DNA of 64,000 nt from Leucoraja erinacea (lineage: Eukaryota): assembly GCF_028641065.1 (NCBI RefSeq), contig NC_073392.1, forward strand, positions 29,698,001 to 29,762,000. Direction: 5' to 3'. Every line of letters begins with the position of its first letter. Within the stretch, counting starts at the first letter, position 1. The notes under the pieces are model-generated. The model was given only the letters and a program-made list of their open reading frames with translations, made no database searches and was not told the origin of the DNA. Positions 23,664 to 36,314 of this stretch are shown here, piece by piece. The translations under genes were made by a program, and so were the position numbers.

Positions 23664-24514
23664 CTAGACCAAGTGCAGTCCCGTTTGGTCTGCTCCCCCA
23701 ACGTAATATTCCATCACTCACCCGTCCCCCCAACGCAATATTCCACCACTCACCCATAACCCCAACTGCACAGGCGCGGCTCATTTCTCCACATCCCCAG
23801 CACTCCCTCCTCCTCTTCACCCTCCCTCTTCAATCCCTAGAGAGGGAGGGGAAGGGGTAGAGAGGGACGGGAGAGGAAGGGGATGGGGTAGGGAGGGGAG
23901 TAGAGGGGGAGGGGGTAGAAAGGGTGGGATTGAGGGGGGATAGAGAGGGTGGGAGTGAGGGTAGATAGGGAAGGGGTAGAGAGGGTGGGAGTGAAGGTAG
24001 ATTGGGATGGGGTAGAGTGGGAAAGGGCAAGAGAGACGTGGCAACTACACTCCCTACCCCCTCCTCCCTCAATCCCCCCACTCTCCCTCACCTCCCCAGT
24101 GGCCCCGCGGTCTCGATGCCTCTTTGATGGCTGCGTAAAACCCCAGCGGGGCGACACGGGTAGTAGCCCGGGTTGGAAAAAAAGGAACATTAATATAAAT
24201 GCCCCCCCCCCCTGACGTCACAGGAAGCTGTTGGACACCCACCCACAACAAGCTGTTGTGAAGGCACTCGAAGCGGGTTGAAGGACGTTTGCTGTTTAAA
24301 ATCTTGGTTTTAGCTATTTTTTAAACGCTATAACTTGTGAAATATAGCATGAAATGCAAAGTGAAGCAGTTGATTTTGTTGACAGGGTTAATGTGATTAA
24401 AAATCTGAAAATTTCTGCGCTAGCGTGTGGCATTTTGACAAAGGTAGAAAGATACATACACACACATACCCGCGTGCACACACATACAAGATGAGACTTT
24501 TATAGGTATAGAGA
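23664..24514 (-). mobile_element. Non-autonomous Helitron
   Basis: On the minus strand: A|TC start, CTAG|T end, imperfect subterminal hairpin GCAGACC-AAAC-GGGACTGC just before CTAG, no TSD. Confidence 0.75.
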
Positions 24515-27500
24515 TTTCCAAAGTCTTTCCCTTTGAGAGTTGTCTGACTGGATTGACATGATGCCATAAAATGCATCACCACTTGTTATTGAAGACAACT
24601 TTAATAGTATGTGTCATTACTTGTTATTGATTGCAGCTGGCTTTGTGAAAGAAAACATTAAGTTAGTCCCTCAGGAAGAATGAGTCATCAATCTTTTGGG
24701 AGGACATTGCAAGCCTAATTGCAAAACCTACATGAGGCTTTGCATATGTTCTGCTGAGAAATAAAGAAAATGTTTTGGATGTGAGTTTAGCTTGGAGGAT
24801 AGAAAAGGTGGTACGTGGTTCATTTTATACTCATTTCCTTGTAGGCTGTGGAATAGGGAACCCTTCAAGTAAAAATATATTGCCTAGTATATGAGTTTTC
24901 ATCCTTGATTTCCTCGATGCTTTTCTTTTGCCTCTCCTATTTTGATCTCTATTAGGGGTATATAGGGTAGGGCACTAGGAATTCCTCAACCTTTACACTA
25001 CTGTTCATTCTCTGTGTGAGGCCAAGTGCAGGGTGAAACTGCCATACGGTTCTGCACCTCTTCGTGTGGACTGGTCGATTTAATAATAAGCCAAAGGCGC
25101 CTTCCTTTTGCATGTGAGACTAGATTCTTGATTGGTATGGATGTCAAAGGCTATGGGGAGACGGCAGGAGAATGGGATTTACAGAGAAAGGTAGATCAGC
25201 CATGATTGGTGGAGTACACTTGATGGGCCGATTGGCCTAATTCTGCTCTTATAACTTATGATTAGAACATGATAATGGGGCCTTAAGTTACCTTTACCAG
25301 TCTCCACAGCCAAGTTCCATTCGATTGATTTAATTTGTAAATGCTTTCATTTTCCAGGATGGGTTGGTACATGGCAATCAGGAGTGGCATTCTTCAAATT
25401 CCATTTCCTTCCCCGCTAACAGTGTTTAGGTAAATTGTAGCATAATAATTTAAAAGCAAAATAAAATCCCATTCACATTTCAAACACATTGTAAATACTT
25501 AGCAAATCAAGCCGTTTCTGTGGGGAGAGAACGAGAGTTAATGTTTTTGATCACTGACCTAAAAATACTGTCTGACATGAGATGCCCTGAATTGAAAACA
25601 ATTTACGTTGGAAATAGCAGTTTAATGTTGCCTAAAGTGGTACCAGGAGATGCATTTATTTATTAGAATCAGTGCAAATTTAGTGTTACTGGGTTTCTAC
25701 CATCCTTTAGGTGGAACAAGTAAAAGACCAGCTTTATGGCCTGGGGTAATTCCTGTTAAAAACAATTCTAATAAAGATGCAAAGAGCTGGAGTAACTCAA
25801 TGAGTCAGGCAGCATCCCTGGAAAGCGTGGAGAGGTGACATTTCTGGTTTGGAACCTTTTTCAGACATTTACCTGAGATGCAGAGGATAATAGGTTATTA
25901 ACTTGAATGTACTGTGCTAGTTTTGAAATTGTTTTGTTCCCTCCCATCTGTCTACTCTGACGTGCCCATTCCTAAAATGAACTGGCAGATGAGCCATAAT
26001 CAGATTGAACAGCAGGACCGGCATATGTGGCCTATTCATGTTGGCTTGATTTCTTGTCCACTGATCTGTGATATGGCTTGATATTTTGGGCAAACCTTGT
26101 CAATAGGCTCAATTATGGACTATTACCAGAATCTTGTGCATTAACATGGTAAAGCGTCTTAAAATGTTCTTTAGTAATGATAGCAAACTGAAGACACTGA
26201 ATTGTACAGGTTACAACTAAGCCCTTTGGCCGACTATGTCAACCATCATGCCTATCTTTTCTAATCCGACATTTGCCTGTGTTAATTCCACATTCCTGGA
26301 CCCCTTGGTTGTTCAAGTACCCGTCAAGATGCCTCTCAAATATTGTTACTGTTCCTACTTCCACCTCTCCTAGCAGCTCATTTCAGATACCAACTATTCT
26401 TTGTGTGAAAGATTTACCCCTCAAACTTCCGTTAAATCTTCTGCATTTTATCCTCATGTTTTCCCTCTAGTTTTAGATGTTCCTAGAATAGGCAACAGAC
26501 ACTGACTATCTACCCTATCTATGTCCCTCCTAATTTCATGCCTTGTCACCTCAGCTGCCTCCACTGGAAAAAAAAAGACCTTCCTGATCCACTCATTCCC
26601 TATATTTATCTACAAACTACATGAGCAATTGGGAGTTTAAAAGCTTGGTTAAAGATGCAGATTTTAAGAAGGTTAATCAGATGAGTGAAAGAATTGGATG
26701 ACAGGGAATTCCAGAATGTGAACCTTAGCAGTTGTAGGTTCAGTCTGCACAGGAAAAACAGTTTAATTTGGGGCTGATTAAAGAGGCTAAGGATGGAGAA
26801 ACACAGATATCTTTGAGACTAAAAAAGAGATTATTGCCACTGCAGTAACCTTTCTTATAATAACGTAGATCGGGAGGCATGGGCTATTCATCTATGTATT
26901 TTCTCCTCCTGACGCCCCCTGTTGATAAATCAGTTCTATGGCACCTAAGGCATCACAACAAATGACACAACATACTACACAAATCAGCTTCTACTGGTTC
27001 TGTAGTGATGGTCTGATACAACTAAATGAGTTACACTGACATTTTAGATGGCACACAAATATCATGGTCCTGGAGTGATTAATTGTCTAGATGGCGCAAA
27101 GATGCCCAGATATTGGCAATGTCAGATTTACTGGAATTTGCTTTTATGATTAAGTATTGAATGACACACATTAACCTATACCTGCTATTCTCAGTCTGGT
27201 TCAAAAAAAATGCCTGCATAAACTAATTAATTCATATTTTTTTTTTTAACATGGTATGGGCCTCAGGGAGAAGTCTAGGTCTGTTAAAGATTGTTTTGGC
27301 TAGCCATAGTGCTTCTGTTTTCACCGTTAAGTTAGAAATTGATTATCACGCATTCACGTCTGTTCACGTGATATTAAAGATCCATTGGACCCTTTGTTGT
27401 CAGACTTCTGTATGGTCCTTTCATAAACGAGGGTACAGTCCTGATTTTCCAGCCTATTTCATTACAGACATTGGAATTATTTTCTGCATAATATATTCTG

Positions 27501-28024
27501 CACTCTGGTAAGTTTCTCTTCGCTCTCCATGTTGCTGATTGTATTCATGTATAATAATACCCGATTTGATAGGATAGCAAACAAAAGCTTTTCACTGTAT
27601 CTCAGTACATGTTATAATAATAAAAACCTAAATCTTAATGCTATGCTGTCTCCCTCAGTTCAGTTTACGCTGGGCTTCCATGTGGACTACAGTTTTAATC
27701 CCAGGGAGAAGCGCTAAATTTCCAAATGCCTGATTCTCTTAAAACCCGCAATCAGTTGTTGAAAGATTATTAGTTGCAACAGTTATAAGATCAAATGTTT
27801 AAGAAGCCATTATGAACTTTTTGCAGATGATGCCAAAATTTGCAATGCGATTAAGAGGAATAAACATTCAGGCCTCGGAAAGAAAGTGACAAATGTAATT
27901 CAATACAGAAAAGTGTGATGTAACCCATTTGAGAGCAAACAAAGTAAAGAGAACAAATTGACACTGGGGCAATGAACTGTGAGATCTTGACAGGGGCATT
28001 CACCTACTGGGAACAAGACATGTA

Positions 28025-29627
28025 CAGTGGCTTGCAAAAGTATTCATACCCCTTGAACTTTTCCACATTTTGTCATGTTACAGCCACAAACGTAAATGTA
28101 TTTTATTGGGATTTTATGTGATAGACCAACACAAAGTGGCGCATAATTGTGAAGTGGAAGGAAAATGATACATGGTTTTCAAATTTTTTTACAAATAAAA
28201 AACGGAAAAGTGTGGCGTGCAAAAGTATTCAGCCCCCTTTACTCTGATGCTCCTAAATAAAATCCAGTGCAACCAATTGCCTTCAGAAGTCACCTAATTA
28301 GTAAATAATGTCCACTTGTGTGTAATCTAATCTCAGTATAAATACAGCTGTTCTGTGAAGGCCTCAGAGGTTTGTTAGAGAACATTAGTGAACAAACAGC
28401 ATCATGAAGTCCAAGGAACACACCAGACAGGTCAGAGATAAAGTTGTGGAGAAGTTTAAAGCAGGGTTAGGTTATAAAAAAAATCCCAAGCTTTGAACAT
28501 CTCACGGAGCACAGTTCAATCCATCATCCGAAAATGGAAAGAGTATGTGCACAACTGCAAACCTACCAAGACATGGCCGTCCACCTAAACTGACAGGCCG
28601 GGCAAGGAGAGCATTGATCAGCGTAGCAGCCAAGAGGCCCATGGTAACTCTGGAGGAGCTGCAGAGATCCGCAGCTCAGGTGGGAGAATCTGTCCACAGG
28701 ACAACTATTAGTCGTGCATTCCACAAATCGGGCCTTTATGGAAGAGTGGCAAGAAGAAAGCCATTGTTGAAAAAAAGCCATACGAAGTCCCGTTTGCAGT
28801 TTGCCACAAGTCATGTGGGGGACACAGCAAACATGTGGAGGAAGGTGCTCTGGTCAGATGAGACCAAAATTGAAGTTTTTGGCCTAAATGCAAAATGCTA
28901 TGTGTGGCAGAAAACTAACACTGCACTTCACCCTGAACACACCATCCCCACTGTGAAACATGGCGGTGGCAGCATCATGCTGTGGGGATGCTTTTCTTCA
29001 GCAGGGACAGGGAAGCTGGTCAGAGTTGATGGGAAGATGGATGGAGCCAAATACAGGGCAATCTTGGAAGAAAACCTGTTAGAGTCTGCAAAAGACTTGA
29101 GACTGGGGCGGAGGTTCACCTTCCAGCAGGACAACGACCCTAAACATACAGCCAGAGCTACAATGGAATGGTTTAGATCAAAGCATATTCATGTGAAAGT
29201 CAAAGTCCAGACCTAAATCCAATTGAGAATCTCTGGCAAGACTTGAAAATTGCTGTTCACGCTCTCCATCCAATCTGACTGAGCTTGAGCTATTTTGCAA
29301 AGAAGAATGGGCAAAAATGTCAGTCTCTAGATGTGCAAAGCTGGTAGAGACATACCCCAAAAGACTTGCAGCTGTAATTGCAGCGAAAGGTGGTTCTACA
29401 AAGTATTGACTCGGGGGGGCTGAATACTTTTGCACGCCACACTTTTCAGTATTTTATTTATAAAAAAATTTGAAAACCATGTATCATTTTCCTTCCACTT
29501 CACAATTATGCATCACTTTGTGTTGGTCTATCACATAAAATCCCAATAAAATACATTTACGTTTGTGGTTGTAATGTGACAAAATGTGGAAAAGTTCAAG
29601 GGGTATGAATACTTTTGCAAGCCACTG
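28025..29627 (+). mobile_element. Near full-length Tc1 (IR/DR type) transposon with frameshifted DD34E transposase (28404-29409)
   Basis: TA TSDs; ~213-bp TIRs with few mismatches and internal direct repeats GCAAAAGTATTCA; motifs [27 protein letters not shown]; frameshift near 28480 and deletion near 29195; nested in a CR1 relic. Confidence 0.96.
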
Positions 29628-30696
29628 TAGACAAGATGATTAAGGCAACACACAGGATACTTGCCTTCATTGGAAGGGACATTGATCACGAGAACAGAAA
29701 GATCATGCTGCTACTGTATTAAACACTAGTTAGATCACAGATAGAGTGCTAAGTACCATTCTGATCTTTATAACTGGAAATATGTGAAAACACCAGAGAG
29801 GAGATTTTCATGAATGTTGCCTTTTCTCTCTGGAGTATTATTGTTATGAGGCAGGATGGGGTCAAGGAAAGAGAGTTGACGTTGAGACCCTGTTTCCACC
29901 AATCTTTCCATCACCACGCACAAGAAGCGACAAGACAGACACCATTGTATGCAGATACCGAGAAGTATGTTCAGCTCTGGCAGAACAACTAATCTTGTGT
30001 GTGGACTCAATAAGAAGAAGATGAGGCAGGATTAAGTAGACCTAGCATTGTTTTGTCTTGGAACAATGGTGCTGAAGAGAGGTTTGATATGTATTTAGCT
30101 ATGAGGCTTACGTGAACAGTAAGGACCCACATCCTTCATCTGAAAAGACAATCCTGAGGACGCATATATTTAAAGTAGTATTCAAGGTATTTGCTGCCTG
30201 ATAGTAGTAAAACTTTAACACATTTAAAGTACCTGGATGAGTACTTGTTTCATAACCTTCAAAGCAACAGGCCGAGCTAAGATACGGAAATGACTAGGTA
30301 TTTATGGACCCTCAACACTAAAAGGCAGATGCCCTTCATTCTGCCACCAAATCTCAAGGATTCTATTTAATTTATTTCTGAAGATTATACACAACACATC
30401 TTCTGTTCATCCAGATCTGGTTTACATTAACTCAAGGCCAATGTTCAACAAGTCAAAGCCTTACACAAATCCCTGCTCCATTGCCAATATGATCAGGAGT
30501 GGAACAGAATTATATTGTAAAATATGACTATCTTTATTCTATGCCATGTAAGAAAATCATGTAAGAACAAGTTGTTCCAGAAGGGAAATCGATTGTTTGT
30601 CCATGTAATTAATGAGAAAAAGTTATAAGAGAAGCACTTAATATTATTTTTTTTATTTACTTTATTTGTTTCCTCAGTTTAGCATTGATCTGATAC

Positions 30697-31611
30697 TCAA
30701 GTTTCCTTTGGTTGGATAATAATTGCCTGTACATCCATGACATTGGTACTTGTCAGGCCTGTCATGATTAGATCTGCTCCTTTGTTGAACTTGCTGAAGA
30801 AAGTAAAAGAATCATTGTTATTTAAGAAATCTTCGACATTGAGCCCTTCACTGAAAGCATTTTCAACCATTTCAGTGTAAGCGAATCCTCCAGCTGCTTC
30901 GGTAGGTCCATCTTGTCCATCGGTCCCACCACTGAGAAAAACAATTTCATGTTTTGCAAAGGGATCGCGCGGAGTCATTGACTTTGCTTGGTGCAGTTCC
31001 ACAGCCACACGCAAGGCCATCTCCTGATTTCGACCCCCTTTCCCTCTGCCCCGAAGCTGAACTGTAGTTTCACCTCCTGCCAAAAGGCAGAGTGGTTTTC
31101 CAGAGCTCAGCGCGTTCTCCAAGAGCTCCAAGCAGCTGTCCAAACGAAAATCAGGGAGCTGCAGGCTTCCAATGATCTGCAGCATCTCATCTTTCAGACT
31201 GCTTGCCTGTGCACATTGTGAACCATGCACTGCCAGAACTGAACACAGGTATCTGATCAAAAGACTGAACAGTCTAGCCACAGTTGTGACATCTCCACTC
31301 ACTCCAGTAGACAGAATAGAGGTAATGTAACCTAAGCTCTCAGATTTACATTTAGCTTCCTCCAAGGCAATTGCATTTGATCCCACAATAAAATTAAAAA
31401 CATGAGCATAATCTTGGATTTCCTCTTGGTGCATTCTTGTGCTAGGTTGAGAAAGAACTTCTTTCACATTTTCTGGCATGGATGATACCAAGTTATATTT
31501 TGACAAAATTTTACAACTATCTTCCTTACTTTGCAAGTTAGGTAGGGTTGGGCCACTGGCTATGAACTCCAAATTGTCTCCAATGATATCGGATAGAATA
31601 AGGCTCACCAC
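30697..31611 (-). CDS. GLYCTK: Glycerate kinase, last coding exon (MOFRL domain)
   Basis: SDIIGD..IASGPT, GGETTV..GGRNQE, GTDGQDGPT and TNVMD motifs; CAG acceptor ending at 31612. Confidence 0.96.
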   Translation of the reverse strand: MVSLILSDIIGDNLEFIASGPTLPNLQSKEDSCKILSKYNLVSSMPENVKEVLSQPSTRMHQEEIQDYAHVFNFIVGSNAIALEEAKCKSESLGYITSILSTGVSGDVTTVARLFSLLIRYLCSVLAVHGSQCAQASSLKDEMLQIIGSLQLPDFRLDSCLELLENALSSGKPLCLLAGGETTVQLRGRGKGGRNQEMALRVAVELHQAKSMTPRDPFAKHEIVFLSGGTDGQDGPTEAAGGFAYTEMVENAFSEGLNVEDFLNNNDSFTFFSKFNKGADLIMTGLTSTNVMDVQAIIIQPKET

Positions 31612-31994
31612 CTGTCAAACAAAGAATCATGAAGATATAAGGTGCTGGTTTACCAAAAAAGACACAGTGTTGAAGTAACTCAGCAGGTCAGGTAGCATCT
31701 GTGGAGAACATGGATAAGTGATTGATTGAAAATATTATCTTCTACAGAAAACTTGACTGTGTCCTGAAGGAGGAAATTTCTAAAAAAAAAGGTTAAAGCT
31801 GGCAATAGTGATAATGAAGATTTCTGGGCATAAGTCTCTGTGTACTACAAAGCTTTAGAATGGTTGGAATTCTAAAACTTTAATCAGAACTTTAAACTTT
31901 TTATACGTATTGACGAAGAGCAAAGTGACTTGCCTGCCCAGTACGGAGGAGAACGTTAGTCTCTAGACCTCTGTTTTGAATTCCTGAAAGAAGT

Positions 31995-32805
31995 TAACCA
32001 GGTCAATTCCCAGGATGGTGGGACTGACATATGATGAAAGAATGGGTCGACTGGGCTTATATTCACTGGAATTTAGAAGGATGAGAGGGAATTAACAGAA
32101 ACATATACAATTCTTAAGGGATTGGACAGGTTAGATGCAGGTAAAATTTTCCCGATGTTGGGGGAGTCCAGAACAGGGGTCACAGTTTAAGAATAAGGGG
32201 TAGGCTACTTAGGACTGCGATGAGGAAAAACTTTTCCACCATGAGTTGTGAATTGTGGAATTCGCTGCCTCGAGGCAGTGGAGGCCAATTCACTGGCTTA
32301 GATATAGCTCTCAGGGCTAATGAAATCAAGCGATATGGGGGGAAAATGGTGCTGATTTTGGATGATCAGCCATGATCATATTAAACAGCGGTGCTCGCTC
32401 GAAGGGTCAAATGGCCTACTCCTGCACTTATTTTCTATGTTTCTAAGTGGGGAGTGGAAAGGCCTAGATATGGCCTGTAGATGTGTGAAGATGTTTCAAG
32501 TAGTGGGTGAGTCTAGGGCCACAGGGCACAGCCTCAGAATAAAAGGAAGTACCTTTAGATTGGGGACGAAGAAGAATTTATTTAGCCAGAGGGAATCTTT
32601 GGAATTCATTACAACAGACGGCTGTGAAGGCCAATAGATTGGGTATTTTTATAATGGAGATTAATTAGTACAGAGGCATCAAAGGGTATGGGGAGAAGGC
32701 AGGAGAATGGGGTTGAGAGGGTATAATAGGTCAGCCATGATCGGATGGTCGGGCACACTTGAGGGGTGGAATGGCCTAATTCTACTCCTATGTCTTATGA
32801 TCATG
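31995..32805 (+). mobile_element. Two tandem CR1 (HER1-like) 3' fragments
   Basis: GHSLRI-type motifs; 3' ends AATGGCCTACTCCTGCAC..TTTCTATGTTTCT and AATGGCCTAATTCT..CTTATG. Confidence 0.8.
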
Positions 32806-32960
32806 AACTTTTTGCCCCCCACATTGTACGCAGCTCATTTTCTTAGGCCATTGACAGAAGATTGAATGTTGGGAGACAGCGGTGTTATGGTACAAACCCA
32901 TCCAAAGGTTTATAATCAATTAACCTGAAATAGGAGAACAGGAAACAGAAGGATACAGAC

Positions 32961-33136
32961 CTGTGCAGGATAGGCAGCTCTGGCCAAACCTCCACCCTTC
33001 AGCAGAGAGAGTGACTTGCGAACTGTGTTGAGTTCCTGAATAGTTGCGCCTTTGGAAGCAAGTTGTTTTGTCAGATACAGTTTCTCCTCCAAAGTGACAG
33101 GGGGGATAGGCGCCGGCAATAAAGCAGATCCCCCTC
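32961..33136 (-). CDS. GLYCTK: GLYCTK coding exon 3
   Basis: (G)GGSALLPAPIPPVTLEEK...LNTVRKSLSLLKGGGLARAAYPAQ; 176 nt, AG/GT-bounded. Confidence 0.95.
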
Positions 33137-34018
33137 CTAAAGAAACCACATTTACAGATTATTTGGACCATTATGTAGCCTATAGCCAACTACTACTGCA
33201 TAGCAAGATGAGCAAAGCACAATATTCATACAATTTAGGTTAGACATTGAAATTAAAAAAAAAACTACTGGACTTGTAAGCTCAAAGAGTAGGAAGTTGT
33301 AGTCACTGAAACGTGTGAGCTGCGCTGTAATTAAGGGTTTAGAATTAGGTTTTGGTTTATTTTTGTCATGGGTGTACAGTGAAAAACGTTGTTTGTGTGC
33401 TATCCAACTAATCATACACAAGTACAACAGTGCAAAGAGAAATATATCAGTGCAGCATATAGTGTTAGAACATAATAACATTAAGTTACAGCGAAAATGC
33501 TGATAAAAAAAATGCGATGAAGTTTGTTGGAAGATTAGGACTACATCCTAGTTGATGGGAGGACTGTTCAGAAGTCTGACAACAGTGCAGAAAAAGCTGT
33601 TCCTGATTCTGTCTGGTGGTACGTGCTTTCAGGCTTTCGTTTCTGCCTGACAGGAGATGGGGAAGAGGGAATGATCAGGGTGAATATCGTCTTTATTCTT
33701 CTTAAACTCCTTAAACACATGGTCTTTAATTATGTTGGCTGCTTTCCTGAGACAGAGTGAATTGTTTTTGGATGGAGGGGGTGGAGGCTGTTTTTGTAAC
33801 GGACACCATTATTGTGCTTTCTTTCTCCAGAGAAGGTGCAAGGGTTCCCATAGCTGGTCAGTTTGTAATAAACTCCTGATAAGGTGTTCCTGATAAGGTC
33901 ATCATTTGCGATTCTGGATTGAGTAGTTTGGAGGGCGGTTTTCTTATTTTCTTTTGTCTGCAATTTTTCAAAGTTGCAGTGTGAACGATTTGATGAAACA
34001 CAATACTGTATTCTTTAC

Positions 34019-34170
34019 CTGAGATAAGCACAAGTAACAAATCGTTTTCAGTAAGTCCTTCTGCTAAGTGATGGATCCTTTTTGCTGCCTTCAAAGCATT
34101 GTCATCAGGAAGATTATGTTGGGCTCCTTCCTGTACCTGTATCTTTGTCTGAGGTCTTAAAAGCATCTCC
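34019..34170 (-). CDS. GLYCTK: GLYCTK coding exon 2
   Basis: [22 protein letters not shown]...DLLLVLIS(G); 152 nt, AG/GT-bounded. Confidence 0.95.
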
Positions 34171-35290
34171 CTGTTGGTTTTTCAAAAATGAGGCAGTTAA
34201 AAAATGGAGACAATCTGGAATGCGTGACCAAGTTTGCTACTTGTCCATATATTTTGCAAAAGGTATACTTTGCAATGCAAACCTTTCTTGAATTGTTTCA
34301 CTTCTCTACTGAATACATCTCCTGTTTTTAGAGCTTCAATTACTTCTTGCCCTCCATCACTCTGCATATTTTAGTGCCTACAATTGGTCTGTGCCAGTCC
34401 AAATTAACAATGAAGACCCCACAAGTTATGACTAAACTGAACCAAATCTGATGTGGAAGAAATTTACAGCACAGGTGGAAATTAATTGGTCCATTGTACT
34501 CTTGCTCTGTAGGCTAATCCACATTTCACAGAATAGTCCATAGCTCTGCAGATATGGATTCACGTCTCAAGGGATTCTGCCTCCATTGCCCTTGCAAGCA
34601 GTAGAGTGGATTATTTTCCTCAACTCCCCTCTGGAAGGACGCCCTTGGAAAGATGAAGAGAAATTTCTTCAGTCAGAGGGTGGTGAACCTATGGAATTAA
34701 TTACCGCAGAAGGAAGTGTGGGCCAGGTCAAGTTATTTTGAAGACAGGGATTGACAGATTCTTGATTTGTACAGGTGTTAGGGGTAATGGGGAGAAGGCA
34801 GGAGAATGGGGTTGAGAGGGAAAGATAGGTCAGTCATGATTGAATGGCGGAGTAGACTTGATGGGCTGAATCGCCTAATTCTGCTTCTATAACTTATGAA
34901 CACCGGTCAATATCGGTGGTCAATTGTAGCACGTCAACTGCATTCATATTTGGAATGGAATTGAAATACAAAATTAGACTCGGTACCATTTGATACATTC
35001 ACTATTATTCTTCATCACACTGTACAAAGCTTGCAATTGCAACAGAATATTAATTGCTTATGTTTTGCTACTGTATGTTAATGCATTTATACTATTTGAA
35101 AGTTATGATTACATTTCACCATCTTTTCAGGCAGCAAATTCCAAATCACAATGACTGGAACCATAAAAAAAATGTAAATTAGTCGCAGAAATATGAAGTT
35201 TTGCGATTGTTTTAATGTGCGCTTAATGTTGTATCATTCTTTTAAACTACCTTTGCACCCATTGTCTAGTGGAAAAGGAGTCTAAATGAT

Positions 35291-35356
35291 GGACCTTTAT
35301 GTAGCTCCCTTCAGGACTTTATTGTAGCTCCCTTCAGGACTTTATTGTAGCTTCCT
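35291..35356. repeat. 23-bp tandem repeat, ~2.7 copies
   Basis: Unit TGTAGCTCCCTTCAGGACTTTAT. Confidence 0.8.
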
Positions 35357-35524
35357 ACAGCACCGTGTTACAGTATATAACACAAATGGTGTTAATGTTG
35401 TATAGACTCCTTAAGCACGGTGACTCCCCTTTTATGATCCTGTCACTAATTTGAATACTAAGATACAGCCTGGAAATAGGCCCTTTTCTTATCCCATCTC
35501 AGTCTAGCTAAATTGAATGACAGG

Positions 35525-35716
35525 ATATAGCTTAATTTGAACCCTACAAACCCGCACGTTCTTTGGGACGTGGAAGGAAACCCGAGTACCCAGAGGAAAC
35601 GCTCATGGTCACACAGAGAATGTAAAAACTCCACACAGACAGCACCCAAGGTCAGGATCAAACCCGGGCCTCTGGCCATGTGAGGCAGCAGATCTACCAG
35701 CTGCTCCACTGTACCA
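35525..35716 (-). mobile_element. tRNA-derived SINE (HE1/V-SINE type)
   Basis: Reverse complement of the SINE head and core (AAACTCCACACAGACAGCACCC..GGATCAAACCCGGG). Confidence 0.8.
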
Positions 35717-35925
35717 CTCTAAGTGATTAGAAATTAGTAATTAAAATTGAGAAAATCACATTTTACTGTGAGTGCATTTAATTAGATTACAAATTAACCA
35801 GTGCAGGCATGTTCAATATCCAAGCATCCTTTTGCGTGACATCCCTTTTTGGACCTCTTGGGGAAGGGATATAAGAACTGATGGTTAGCACAAAAAAATA
35901 TACGTGATAATTTTCCGTTTCTTAC

Positions 35926-36314
35926 TCTTTCCCAGCCAGCCGAAGAACCTTCTGAATTCCAAGAGGAACACTGATCACTCCTTGGACCAAGTGGTCTCCC
36001 AGTATCTGTTCCACAGCAGCTGCCATTCCCATCACAGCCTTCCCAAATCCAGCAACATGGACATTATTATGGATTGGGAAAGACTGCTTTTTTATCAGCA
36101 GCCTATTTCCTTCCATGCTAATATTATTCTTGATTATGTTTTGAGGCAGAACGCTATTGATTGCAGTTCGAAATATCTCCAGACACTTCTGCTTCAGGGT
36201 CAATTCTCTGTTGATTACAGAAGCACTCATTTTAAATATTTTCGGTTGCCAGTTCTTGGAAATGAGTTGATGATTGGAACGAAGCCACAGGTATCTTCTA
36301 AATGAACAGACCAT
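35926..36314 (-). CDS. GLYCTK: GLYCTK coding exon 1 (exon starts at 36356 with a short 5' UTR)
   Basis: MVCSFRRY..IFRTAINSVLP..VAGFGKAVMGMAAA..GVISVP; GTAAG donor at 35925; the four exons sum to 1632 nt = 543 aa. Start codon choice is inferred. Confidence 0.92.

Noticed and set aside
29768-30010. Short ORFs within a CR1 relic
   Set aside because: No recognisable homology or exon structure.
30520-30580. TATGACTATCTTTATTCTATG, loosely like miR-135
   Set aside because: Better explained as a GLYCTK minus-strand AATAAA plus a short tandem duplication; poor hairpin.
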